A stretch of DNA of 61,055 bases, the filler included. It is 7 parts of 7 records of this genome, joined end to end, with 100 filler letters (N's around TTAATTAATTAA, not from the genome) between each part and the next. Parts side by side here need not be neighbours in the genome. Positions count along the whole stretch, not along the records: positions 9,272 to 15,307 come from SRR31156797_44431; positions 15,408 to 28,342 come from SRR31156797_44433; 5 more parts are not named here. The stretch is one strand, 5' to 3'. Below are positions 10,222 through 19,622 of the stretch, piece after piece. Below the pieces are notes generated by a model. It saw only the letters and a program-made list of their open reading frames with translations, made no database searches and was not told where the DNA came from. Made by a program: the position numbers and the translations under genes. Position 1 is the first letter of the stretch. Each line of letters begins with the position of its first letter.

Positions 10222-11793
10222 ATGTCACGTAATCTGTGTTTATACAATGGAAGGGTCTACGGACTCAACGGGCTTCAGGGTGATACCGCCATTATCATTG
10301 AGAATGGCGTAATTCGTTATGTGGGGGATGAAAAAGGGCTTCACAATTATCCTCTTGATGAATATGAGACCATCGATGTGGGTGGCCGGATCATTTTCCC
10401 CGGATTCATTGATACGCACCTGCATTTGACTAAATGGGCATGCCAACAGGATTTTCTTCAATTGGGCGATTTTCGTTCGCTCAGGAAGTTAAAATCGTTC
10501 CTGGAAAAGGAAGCTGAAGGCAAAGAATGGCTATTCGGTGGGGGATGGAACCAGAATAATTGGGACGAAAGGCGTTTCCCCCATAGAAAGGATCTGGATT
10601 ATCTTGGACCTGATGTAAAATGTATTTTTTACAGCAAAGATCTGCATTCCGCCTGGGTTAATGAAGCTGTGATCGATCTTTTTCCTTTCGAAGAAGTCTA
10701 TAAAATGATCAAAAAGGGCTATGTAAAACGAGATATTGACGGGCAATTGACAGGTATTTTGCAGGAAGAGGCGCTTGAAGTATTGTTAGATCCTATTTTA
10801 AAGCAGCATCCTCCCGGTATTTTTAATGATCCCCAGCCTTATTTTAAAGAGTTTTACAAACATGGTATTACCTCTGTGCAAAGCATGGAATATTACGATC
10901 AATACAAAAAATATCTAAAGCTGTATCAGGATCCCCAGAACAGAGGTGTAAGGTTGGGCATACATATGTACTATGCCGATGCAGAGAGGGCGTATGCGCA
11001 AGGATTAAGATTTGGTACCGGCGGGGACTTTTTGCGTTTTTATGGGATCAAACTTTTTACCGATGGTGCATTGGGATCTCAAACCGCCTGGATGAGAGAG
11101 CCCCATGAGAATACTCAGGACAATTTCGGTAAGAAACAAATGCATGATAAAGAGCTATTGGATGCAATCTTAAAAGCAGAGTCAAAAGGCTGCGCTTTGG
11201 TAATACATGCCATCGGAGATGCAGCAACAGAACATATACTTGATACGCTGAATATGATAGGCAGGGATCTGAAAGTTCCACTTAGAATAGAGCATGCTCA
11301 AGTACTTGATGAAGAATTGATTAACAGATTGAAAATCAGCAATATACATTTATCAGTTAATCCATGTCATTTGCCTGATGATCAAGCTGTCGCCGATCTT
11401 CATTGGGGCGCCAGAGCACGCTATGCCTATGCTTTCAGAAGCATGAAAGTAGCGAATATTCCATTTGCGATCGGCTCCGATGCACCTGTTGAAAGCATCC
11501 ATCCCTGGAAGGCGATCCATGCAGCTGTACATCGTTTGGGGACCGGGCAGAACCAATCCTGGTATCCCGAAGAATGCCTGCGAATCACGGATGTCATTCA
11601 AGCTTATACGTACTATGGTGGTATCATCATGGGGATGAACGAACACAAGGGAGTTTTGGCCCAGGGTTATTTGGGTGACTGTTTCGTATGCTCCCATGAT
11701 GTGTTCGAGGATGGTTTGAAGGATTGGAAGAACATTAGATCATTATTGACGGTATTGAACGGCAAGGTTGTCTATTCTGAGCAAGGATATTAA
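10222..11793 (+). CDS. Amidohydrolase 3 family (YtcJ-like) metal-dependent hydrolase
   Basis: PGFIDTHLH, KLFTDGALGS, HAIGD, RIEHAQ, GSDAP. Confidence 0.9.
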   Translation: MSRNLCLYNGRVYGLNGLQGDTAIIIENGVIRYVGDEKGLHNYPLDEYETIDVGGRIIFPGFIDTHLHLTKWACQQDFLQLGDFRSLRKLKSFLEKEAEGKEWLFGGGWNQNNWDERRFPHRKDLDYLGPDVKCIFYSKDLHSAWVNEAVIDLFPFEEVYKMIKKGYVKRDIDGQLTGILQEEALEVLLDPILKQHPPGIFNDPQPYFKEFYKHGITSVQSMEYYDQYKKYLKLYQDPQNRGVRLGIHMYYADAERAYAQGLRFGTGGDFLRFYGIKLFTDGALGSQTAWMREPHENTQDNFGKKQMHDKELLDAILKAESKGCALVIHAIGDAATEHILDTLNMIGRDLKVPLRIEHAQVLDEELINRLKISNIHLSVNPCHLPDDQAVADLHWGARARYAYAFRSMKVANIPFAIGSDAPVESIHPWKAIHAAVHRLGTGQNQSWYPEECLRITDVIQAYTYYGGIIMGMNEHKGVLAQGYLGDCFVCSHDVFEDGLKDWKNIRSLLTVLNGKVVYSEQGY

Positions 11794-12491
11794 TGAGAGA
11801 ATATTTTAAACATACGTCAACATTGCTTTTTGGTGTGATCATCAGTATTCCTTTGGCGATCTATTATGAGATTTCCATGATCCTGGCCAATCGGGGTATG
11901 GAAGCCGAGATACGCAATGCAGCTGATGTCATGTTCAAGCGTTTATTTGAGAGCATCGGTTACGATGGCCCTTTGGCAGGAGTGATCATGTTCGCCATTC
12001 TTTTTATTATTGCCGCGATCGTTCAAGGTGCGCATAAAGAAAGAGAAGGCATTAGAATACAATGGCTTTATTATCCGGTGTTGATCGCCGAATCCGCCTT
12101 GTATGCTATGTTACTGTTTGCTTTGATGGCTATTTCAATGAACGCCATGGCGCCGGCAATGGCCATTTCACCTGTCGATATCGGATATTCTCTGGGTGCG
12201 GGTGTTTATGAGGAACTGTTATTCAGGGCAATATTGCTGAGCGGCTTACTGTTTTTGGCCGGAAAGATAAAAAAGAACACGACTTTATGGAAGATCCTGG
12301 CAGTGGTGATATCTGCATTGATCTTTTCGGGAGCACATTATATTGGCGAAGTTGGTGATACCTTTACATGGGTAAGCTTTTTAACCAGGACCATGGGTGG
12401 TTTGCTTTTGGGATTTGTATTTATGTTACGCGGACTGGGTGCCGCTGTTTATACACATGCTATTTATGATATTTACACGATATTCTTATAA
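11793..12491 (+). CDS. CPBP (Abi/CAAX) intramembrane glutamic protease
   Basis: EELLFR, FSGAH, HAIYD motifs; TAATG coupling to the amidohydrolase. Confidence 0.88.
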   Translation: MREYFKHTSTLLFGVIISIPLAIYYEISMILANRGMEAEIRNAADVMFKRLFESIGYDGPLAGVIMFAILFIIAAIVQGAHKEREGIRIQWLYYPVLIAESALYAMLLFALMAISMNAMAPAMAISPVDIGYSLGAGVYEELLFRAILLSGLLFLAGKIKKNTTLWKILAVVISALIFSGAHYIGEVGDTFTWVSFLTRTMGGLLLGFVFMLRGLGAAVYTHAIYDIYTIFL

Positions 12492-12533
12492 CGAAGTTCG
12501 GAGTATTGTGTAGGAGATATGGAGTATGAATAA

Positions 12534-12591
12534 GTAGCCCCGTGCTTTAGCGCGGGGAAAAGAGGAAACCAATAACCGGGGTTTTAACCCC
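12534..12591. repeat. GTAG-tailed REP-like palindrome plus second small hairpin
   Basis: GTAG-CCCCGTGC-TTTA-GCGCGGGG, then GGGGTT-TT-AACCCC. Confidence 0.65.
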
Positions 12592-12607
12592 ACATTTGTT
12601 TTTAACC

Positions 12608-12647
12608 AATCGATCATTCGACCATTCGATTGCTCGATTAATCGATT
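12608..12647 (+). repeat. Degenerate 8-nt tandem repeat, 5 copies
   Basis: AATCGATC ATTCGACC ATTCGATT GCTCGATT AATCGATT. Confidence 0.7.
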
Positions 12648-12673
12648 TTTCAAAACACAGAAGGAAAAAGAAA

Positions 12674-13396
12674 ATGAAGAAATTATTACTGATCTTATGC
12701 TTGATCGTCCCTTTATTGGGTCAGAACCTGCAAATTCACTATGAATTACGGGGTGATAAGCAGCATCTTACATCCACCCTGGAACAATTTACAGGTGACA
12801 GACTTGGATTGACCTATTGGTTCATTTCTGCAGCCTATACTGATCTGAACGGTGAAAGCAACCTGTTGAACGGCAATGTTACCTCAATTTACGGTGAATT
12901 CTACCGTTTCTTCAATATTCCCAAGACCGGCGGACTAATGGCGGGTGTCCAGTATGCCGATGGGTTTATGATATACAATTCGACACCTCCTGGGAATACT
13001 GCCGGACCTGTATATACTTTTGGAACCTCATTTTCTCGTTACTGGATGGCCGGACTTGCTTATAACGTCCCGATCGGTAAAATGCACGTTTTAACAAGTA
13101 TTTGGGCTAAAGCGAAACAGGGATATAAGTTCGATTGGCAGTTAACCCTTGCTTGGGGACATAATTTCTGGAACGATAAAATGACATTCAACGGTTTCTT
13201 TGATCTTTGGGGAGAGAAAAAGATCGATTCTACTGATCCTTATAGGCTTGTATTGCTGACAGAACCTCAATTGTATTATAATTTCAATCCACATTTGGCA
13301 CTTGGTGTGAAAACACAGATCTCTGTTAATTTCGAATATGGCCATGACGGCGAACTGCGCTTTGCACCGACAGTAGCGGCGCGCTGGAACTTTTAA
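12674..13396 (+). CDS. DUF5020 / Tsx-like outer-membrane beta-barrel channel
   Basis: Signal peptide MKKLLL; QNLQIHY..., LTSTLEQF, FNGFFDLW, LLTEPQ; C-terminal W-N-F beta-signal. Confidence 0.78.
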   Translation: MKKLLLILCLIVPLLGQNLQIHYELRGDKQHLTSTLEQFTGDRLGLTYWFISAAYTDLNGESNLLNGNVTSIYGEFYRFFNIPKTGGLMAGVQYADGFMIYNSTPPGNTAGPVYTFGTSFSRYWMAGLAYNVPIGKMHVLTSIWAKAKQGYKFDWQLTLAWGHNFWNDKMTFNGFFDLWGEKKIDSTDPYRLVLLTEPQLYYNFNPHLALGVKTQISVNFEYGHDGELRFAPTVAARWNF

Positions 13397-13430
13397 CCGT
13401 GAAACGTAAGATGTAAGACGTGAAACAATA

Positions 13431-13663
13431 ACCCCGACGCATGGAGGGGTAAAACAATAATAGCCCGGGGTGAAACCCCGGGTTTATCGTTTATATTTAA
13501 TATTCAACCCTGACCGCCAGCTGGCGGAGAAGGGTTGACTGGAATTCAAGAATCACATATATGGTCAACCCATCGACAGGCTCAGGGTTGTTATTTAATT
13601 GATATAAATAACCCGGGATTCCATCCCGGGCTACAAATTATCTACCCCTCGACAAGCTCGGGG
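13431..13663. mobile_element. ~230-bp imperfect palindromic MITE/REPIN-like element between convergent genes
   Basis: Nested paired arms 13445-51/13643-49, 13461-69/13625-33, 13477-84/13610-17, 13505-13/13582-90, 13532-39/13564-71. Confidence 0.7.
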
Positions 13664-13707
13664 ATAAATCAAAATGAATTTCAGTTCCCAGCGCTCAGTG
13701 CGCAGTG

Positions 13708-15228
13708 CTATATTTCCAATGGTTTAATCATAACATCTTTATCATACTGAAAATGCACCTTGCCGGGCGGCATGCCTTTTCGCTTTGTGACGTATTTTCT
13801 TTGTGCATAGGCGACCGAGACCAGGGATGAGTGCTTTTCGTCGCTGAAACGCGCTGCCAGGGCTGCTGCGTGCTTGATAATATGCTTGGGAGCTTCCTTT
13901 TTTCCATCCATCTTGATGATCACATGTGAACCGGTACTGTGACGGGCATGAAGCCAGATATCTGTCTTGCTTGCATGCTTGAAGGTCAGTTCATCGTTGT
14001 CACGCGCAGACCTACCCACCCAAATACGCCATCCATCGCGAATGTACTCCTTATATGGACGTCTTGAGCCGGTATCGTTTGCCCCTCGTGACTTTGATGA
14101 AGTATGGGAGTTCGGGGTACGGAGTTCGGGGTTGTTGAGAATATCTTTATTTGATTTTCTCCATTCACGAAGAGCTTTGCTATCTTTAATTTCCTGCAGT
14201 TCTTTATAGAGTTTTTCCCAGATAGGGAATTCTTTCAATAGGGATTGGTGACGGTTACGGTTTTCTTCGATGCTATTTTTTGCCGAACGGGTTTTTTTGT
14301 AGTAAATATCGATGTTCTCCGAGATGGAAATATCGTTTTTTAACGGGATTTCGGTAGGAAAGCCCTCGGTGCGGTACAATTCCGGAACCTCAAAACTGTC
14401 AGGATGACCTGTGATCAGATGCCGCGATGCAGAAAGTATGGAGGCAAAGTAGCGGTATTTTTCCACGCGCTTCTCGACCTTGCCGTCGTCTTGAGTATGC
14501 CGGATCTTTTTCTGAAGATCGTCCAGTTTACCTGAAATATGGCTTTCTAGGTTCTTAAAATCACTGTGGAAATGATCTTCCTGCAGGTGAGTGACCACGA
14601 ATTGGCGATAATTGGTATAAAACAGGGCAGGAGCATAGTCATTTTCAGTTTTTGTCAATACAAAGCGCTCATTGATCTCGCTTCCATTGGAATTTTCGAT
14701 GATCTTGATAAGTGTTGAGTAATCATTGACAGAGAAAATATCAAAGGCATTACGCTTCCAATAAGGTGAAAAACGGGGATCATTATCTAGCTTATCGACA
14801 TTCAGGAATTCTTTTTCAACTAGCATCTTAGCATCAACAGTCACTTTTTTCTTGAAATATTCCAGTTTCTCGTCTTTTTGATAGATCACATTCCCGCGAT
14901 TAGAGAGAAAAAGGATGAATATGGCAGAAGCATCCTGAAAAGCGAATCTCATGATGCGTTCACCTGGCAAGATGCTGATATTTTTAACAATTGCGCCTTC
15001 AAGCGACGGGAAGATACGGACCGTTTCCTTGTTTACCTTCTGTCCTTCATGTCCTAGGATCGCGTATTGGAAGGGTTGTCCCAAATGCACTTTTATGGGC
15101 GCTTTATCCCTGAACTGCAGCCATAATTCGTTCTTTTCAAAGGTAAAGCAACGCTCCAGAACAGCATTTTTGTACTGTTCATTGAAATGATGCGATAATT
15201 TCTGAAGGGTGAACCAGTTTGTTACCAT
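13708..15228 (-). CDS. NFACT family (RqcH/FbpA-like) ribosome quality-control protein
   Basis: C-terminal NFACT-R domain VGRSARDNDELT...DIWLHAR..GSHV...KRKGMPPG; ERI..F and RGN in the N-domain; ATG 15228. Confidence 0.85.
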   Translation of the reverse strand: MVTNWFTLQKLSHHFNEQYKNAVLERCFTFEKNELWLQFRDKAPIKVHLGQPFQYAILGHEGQKVNKETVRIFPSLEGAIVKNISILPGERIMRFAFQDASAIFILFLSNRGNVIYQKDEKLEYFKKKVTVDAKMLVEKEFLNVDKLDNDPRFSPYWKRNAFDIFSVNDYSTLIKIIENSNGSEINERFVLTKTENDYAPALFYTNYRQFVVTHLQEDHFHSDFKNLESHISGKLDDLQKKIRHTQDDGKVEKRVEKYRYFASILSASRHLITGHPDSFEVPELYRTEGFPTEIPLKNDISISENIDIYYKKTRSAKNSIEENRNRHQSLLKEFPIWEKLYKELQEIKDSKALREWRKSNKDILNNPELRTPNSHTSSKSRGANDTGSRRPYKEYIRDGWRIWVGRSARDNDELTFKHASKTDIWLHARHSTGSHVIIKMDGKKEAPKHIIKHAAALAARFSDEKHSSLVSVAYAQRKYVTKRKGMPPGKVHFQYDKDVMIKPLEI

Positions 15229-15280
15229 GACGTAAGTTAAAGATAAATGATGTGTAGTGCCACAGAATCCTGTGGCAAAT

Positions 15281-15306
15281 AAAAAAGGGCGGGTCAAGAC
15301 CCGCCC
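15281..15306 (-). terminator. Intrinsic terminator of an upstream minus-strand gene (off contig)
   Basis: GGGCGGGTC-AA-GACCCGCCC with an A6 tract on its left, read as a U-tract on the minus strand. Confidence 0.75.
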
Positions 15307-15307
15307 G

Positions 15308-15407
15308 NNNNNNNNNNNNNNNNNNNNNNNNNNNNNNNNNNNNNNNNNNNNTTAATTAATTAANNNNNNNNNNNNNNNNNNNNNNNNNNNNNNNNNNNNN
15401 NNNNNNN
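15308..15407. other. Artificial contig spacer
   Basis: 44 N + TTAATTAATTAA + 44 N. Confidence 0.99.
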
Positions 15408-17270
15408 TGAAAAACGTAGTATCTCAGAGGAATTATACACTCTGACAGGTCGCTGAAGGGCGTCTTCCTTCTTTCCTGAAGGCGACCCATTCCCCATCAT
15501 CATCCAGAGCATATGTGCCCGGTTGGCATGGGTGGTCTCCGGCATAAGTTCCTTATTCCTTCCTATAAGTGTGACATTGCTTCCTTTTTCATGGGCAAGG
15601 AAATAGGTGATCTCACATCCGAGCGTCCCACCACCGACTACTATTATATCTTTAGCATCTGCAGGCAGTTCCATATCTCTGTTCAGGAATTCTCTTGCTT
15701 CGATATGCGGTATACTTTCAATTTCTTCTATGTCAGGAGCTCTGGTTATGAGACCATTACAGCAGATGATGACATCATATTTTCCGGTGAGATCACCGGT
15801 TTTGATCTCATGTTCTAATTCGATCTTTAGCCCTTCCTTCTCCATAAGGCTGACCTGATATTGCAGGTTATCGAGATATCTTCTGATGTCATGTTTTATT
15901 TTCATCTTGCTGGCAGTGAACAATTGTCCACCTATCCTGTCAGTCTTTTCGAACAGGGTGACATCATGTCCTCTTTTGCAGGCTGTCATAGCTGCTTCAC
16001 AACCTGCAGGCCCGGCTCCGATGACAGCTATTTTCTTTATAGTACCTGTCCTGACCAGTTTCTTTGTATCCTCAAAACCGGTGTAAGGGTTCACTGAACA
16101 ACAGGGATGCCCTCCTTTTTTGAACGATTCCATACATCCCTCGTGGTCACCTATACAATGGATGATCTCCTTTGTTCTGTTCTGCTTTACCTTGACAGGC
16201 CAGTATGGGTCGGCCAGTAGTGGCCTTCCAAGCATTATAAAATCGGCCAATTCGTTCCCAAGCACCTTTTCAGCAACCTCAGGTTTTCCAAGTTTGCCCA
16301 CAGCTATCACTTTAGTATCGATACCTTTCTGCCTGAAGAACTCCTTCAGCCTGCCTGCCATCTCCTTTGCATAGACAGCATCGTCAAAATAGGAAGGAGG
16401 ATGTGGCCAGAACCAGTTATCGTAACAACCTTTATCGACATCGAATGCATCAACCCCTGCTTCATGGAGAGCCTTGCAGAACTGCAATCCCTCTTCAATG
16501 TTTCTCTCCTTTCCACGAAAACGCTTCCTGAATACCTTATCCCCGTAACTCTCCTTCAAAGCCTGTGTCAGGTCAAGTCTGTATATCACGGGAAAATTCT
16601 CCCCGCAACGTTCCTTTATCTCCCTGACGACATCGATACCGAACTGGAACTTATTCCTGTACCTGCCGAAGCTTTTGCGGTTCCAGGGTGCAGAGGTCAA
16701 CTGGTCCATGAGGTATCCTTCATGACCGTGCAGGTGGATACCATCGAATCCTGATATCTTTGCATTGGCTGCACTCTGTCCCATCATTTTGATGATCTTC
16801 TTTATCTGACGGTCCGAAAGTGGGAGATGAGGTACCTGGGGTATGTAGAAGTTCCTGTTCCATGAGGCGGACCTTAAGATCTTACCTTTCAATGCAGGTT
16901 CTGGGGAGCCGACCCTTCCAAGACCGGGGGACAACTGGATGAAAATCTTAGTTCCATAGGGTTTTACAGCAGCTGTAAGGTCTCTCCATCCGCTGAGCCG
17001 TGTTCTTGAAGAACCATCGATGCGTGGAAAATATGTAGTATTGTTCTCTTCATAAAGGCAGGGATCAATACCATAGGACACCGGGACAAGGCCCGTTATG
17101 AGCAGACCGGCTCCACCTTTTGCCCTTTCCCTGAAGTATTCTATCATCTTATTAAGAGGGCGTCCGGTGGGATCCGCCATGTTGATATTCCCGATCGGTG
17201 CCATGATGATCCTATTCTTGAGATGGCATTTTCCAATGTATGATGGCTCGAACAATCTCTGAAATTCCAT
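15408..17270 (-). CDS. OYE-family FMN/FeS/FAD oxidoreductase (2-enoate reductase/BaiCD/FadH-like); 3' truncated
   Basis: LKNRIIMAP, ERAKGGAGL, HGHEGYL, GRPLLADP, Fe-S motif, GAGPAG Rossmann fold; GAGGAGGG RBS. Confidence 0.9.
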
Positions 17271-17627
17271 GTTCCCTCCTCACAAAATACCTGATTTCAC
17301 TTTTAAGACGCCATTTTTGACCGTTGCAGTGGTAGAATAGTAATGTCGGATGGTTCTGCATAGTGCATTTAGTTCGGATCAGGCCTGTCTCATATTCAGG
17401 TAAGATATTTCCGGCATTTTTATAATGTACAATATGTCCGTAGCCAACTCATATATCTGATCCTTTTGTTATGATCAAGCCATTGATACGATCAAAGCTG
17501 TGATCCAATCAACGTCTTTGTTTTTTTGTCGGTCACGGATTTCTTTAACTGATTTGATTTTCCAGTATAATTCGTTATATATAGTTCAGAACTCAAAATC
17601 ACATGTGGCAGTCAAAAGGTGAAAGAA

Positions 17628-17969
17628 ATGTCAGATGAAAAAAGATTTATCGATGATCAGAGACGTGATGAAAGATATTCTTCCGAGCTACAAAGAAGAG
17701 GTGTCAACAAGAGTTTCTATGATTCTAATAAGATGTTGCATTGTCCCGAATGTGGTACAACTTTCAATCTGTTCTACTCAAGGGCAAAGCTATGTACAGG
17801 ATGTCCAAGCCTTGTCAGGGGCTGTGAACTTGCCAGATGTACACATTGTCATACGGAATTCCCGCTGAATCGTTTCATGTCAAAGCATTCGTCCCGGGTG
17901 ACATCAAATTATATCGAGTCGGTTATCACGCGATATCACGATACCTTTGGGGAAAGACCGGGTCAGTAA
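17628..17969 (+). CDS. Small Cys-rich (zinc-ribbon-like) hypothetical protein
   Basis: CPEC...CTGC...C....CTHC; AGGTGA RBS before ATG 17628; TATA box TTATATA near 17575. Confidence 0.75.
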   Translation: MSDEKRFIDDQRRDERYSSELQRRGVNKSFYDSNKMLHCPECGTTFNLFYSRAKLCTGCPSLVRGCELARCTHCHTEFPLNRFMSKHSSRVTSNYIESVITRYHDTFGERPGQ

Positions 17970-18096
17970 CATATGGATTGGTCCTATCTTATGTGCAGGT
18001 GGTCAAAAATGTGTATTCTGTGGCAATATTCTACCAGTTACGGGTCAACTGTGTCCGGCAGGACAGGTAGTTCCCATCAAATAGAGGACAGGTGAG

Positions 18097-18885
18097 ATGA
18101 TCATGAAAACAGAGTTGATAAGTACAGTATTTCTGTCAGAGAAGAGGAAGAATACTCTTATCATGTTGATGGAAGGGCCAGCAAGTATCGATGATATAAA
18201 AAATTCCATAAATGGGACAACCAGTGCGATCATGGCTCAGATAAAGATACTTCTTGAGCAGGGGCTGATCGAACAGGAGAATGATGAGTACAGGCTGACC
18301 CATGTCGGGCAGATCATACTCAAAAAGATAAAACCATTGATAGAGGCTCTGAATGTTGTTGAGGGGAACAAGGATTTTTGGGCTAGCAGGGATCTGGGTG
18401 CAGTGCCTGATCCGCTCCTTGACAGGATCGGAGACCTTGGTGATGTCATGATACACGAACCAGATCTTAACCATCTTTTCGAGCCGCCAAAGGAACTGCT
18501 TACAAGTCTGAAGCAGACAAGGAACGTGTGCACATTCTATTCATATTTCTGTCCGACATGCCCTTATAATTATGCAGAGCTTGCAAGAAAGGAAGTGAAC
18601 TATAACCTTGTCCTTACAAAACCTGTGTATGAAAGATTGAGAGACGAGTACACTGAACAGTATAATGCGATCATGGAATCTCGAAATTCACACCTTTTCG
18701 TATGTGAAGAAGACATAGTGAAACCGGGTGCTATCGCCATTACAGATAATCTCCTGTTGCTATCTTTCTTCAATAAGAAGGGGTTCTTTGATCACAAAAA
18801 AGTGATAAGTTTTGAGGATAGTGCACGACAATGGGGTCAGGAATTCTTCCTGCACTATAGAGGCCTTGCAGAGCAGGTCAAGTGA
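18097..18885 (+). CDS. Winged-HTH + DUF1724 transcription regulator (Msr-like, Methanosarcinales)
   Basis: FLSEKRKN.L..L.EGP N-terminal wHTH; FW..RDL..VP..LL.RI; SFE..A.QWG.E.F.HY C-terminus. Confidence 0.87.
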   Translation: MIMKTELISTVFLSEKRKNTLIMLMEGPASIDDIKNSINGTTSAIMAQIKILLEQGLIEQENDEYRLTHVGQIILKKIKPLIEALNVVEGNKDFWASRDLGAVPDPLLDRIGDLGDVMIHEPDLNHLFEPPKELLTSLKQTRNVCTFYSYFCPTCPYNYAELARKEVNYNLVLTKPVYERLRDEYTEQYNAIMESRNSHLFVCEEDIVKPGAIAITDNLLLLSFFNKKGFFDHKKVISFEDSARQWGQEFFLHYRGLAEQVK

Positions 18886-19153
18886 CCCTCTTATTTTCTG
18901 TATCATTTTTTACATCATAATGCTGGTTCGATATTAACACTCCAGGATTACCTGCTAATGTGTTTGTCGATGGTCTTGATAATATCAAAGGTTTCAATTC
19001 TTGTTCTACTTGTGTTCTCTTGCATTGTCATGATCAGAGACAAACCTTTTTTTTCATCGATCGTTGAGATGGAAAAGAGGTTCTTGATAATATAGAATCC
19101 ATCGATTCATTACCACAAGTTATTATATATCCTTTCACCTGCTACTTGGAAAT

Positions 19154-19358
19154 GCAAGCCTGTACTTTACATGGCAGGCGACCGGCAGATGGGAACGATA
19201 GTCGTACAGTCTGGGTCTATTAGTCTACTTCCAACATTAATCAACTTTCAAAATATGATAAGATACCATTTCTATACAACTGTACGATAATACACGTGCC
19301 ATCTGCGCAAAAAGCAGGACCTCTCCACACAACTTTGTGGTCCTGCATCATTTTCTAT
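19154..19358 (+). ncRNA. Candidate structured small RNA (three stem-loops)
   Basis: TATA box TTATATAT at 19123-30; stems 19158-63/19174-79, 19185-92/19299-306, 19202-10/19279-87, 19314-19/19341-46; T-rich end; no ORF. Confidence 0.5.
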
Positions 19359-19622
19359 TCGCATAAGGGAACGACAAGTTTCACTGCAGAAATAACAGTA
19401 TATAAATAAATAGTCTTGATCATATCAACTGCATTATTTTTGATACTGGCTTTGTTTCATCGATCGCATTGTCTGTATTTGCTATGTTGATTGTATCGCT
19501 AGCTCTTATTTTTTGGCTGAATTCGTTATTTATACCTATCTCACAGAATATCCAGTATGTATCTGTGAAAGGTCGAACATTCAGCGACTTTTTAAGAATT
19601 TAATACCAAAAGGAGGAATTAT

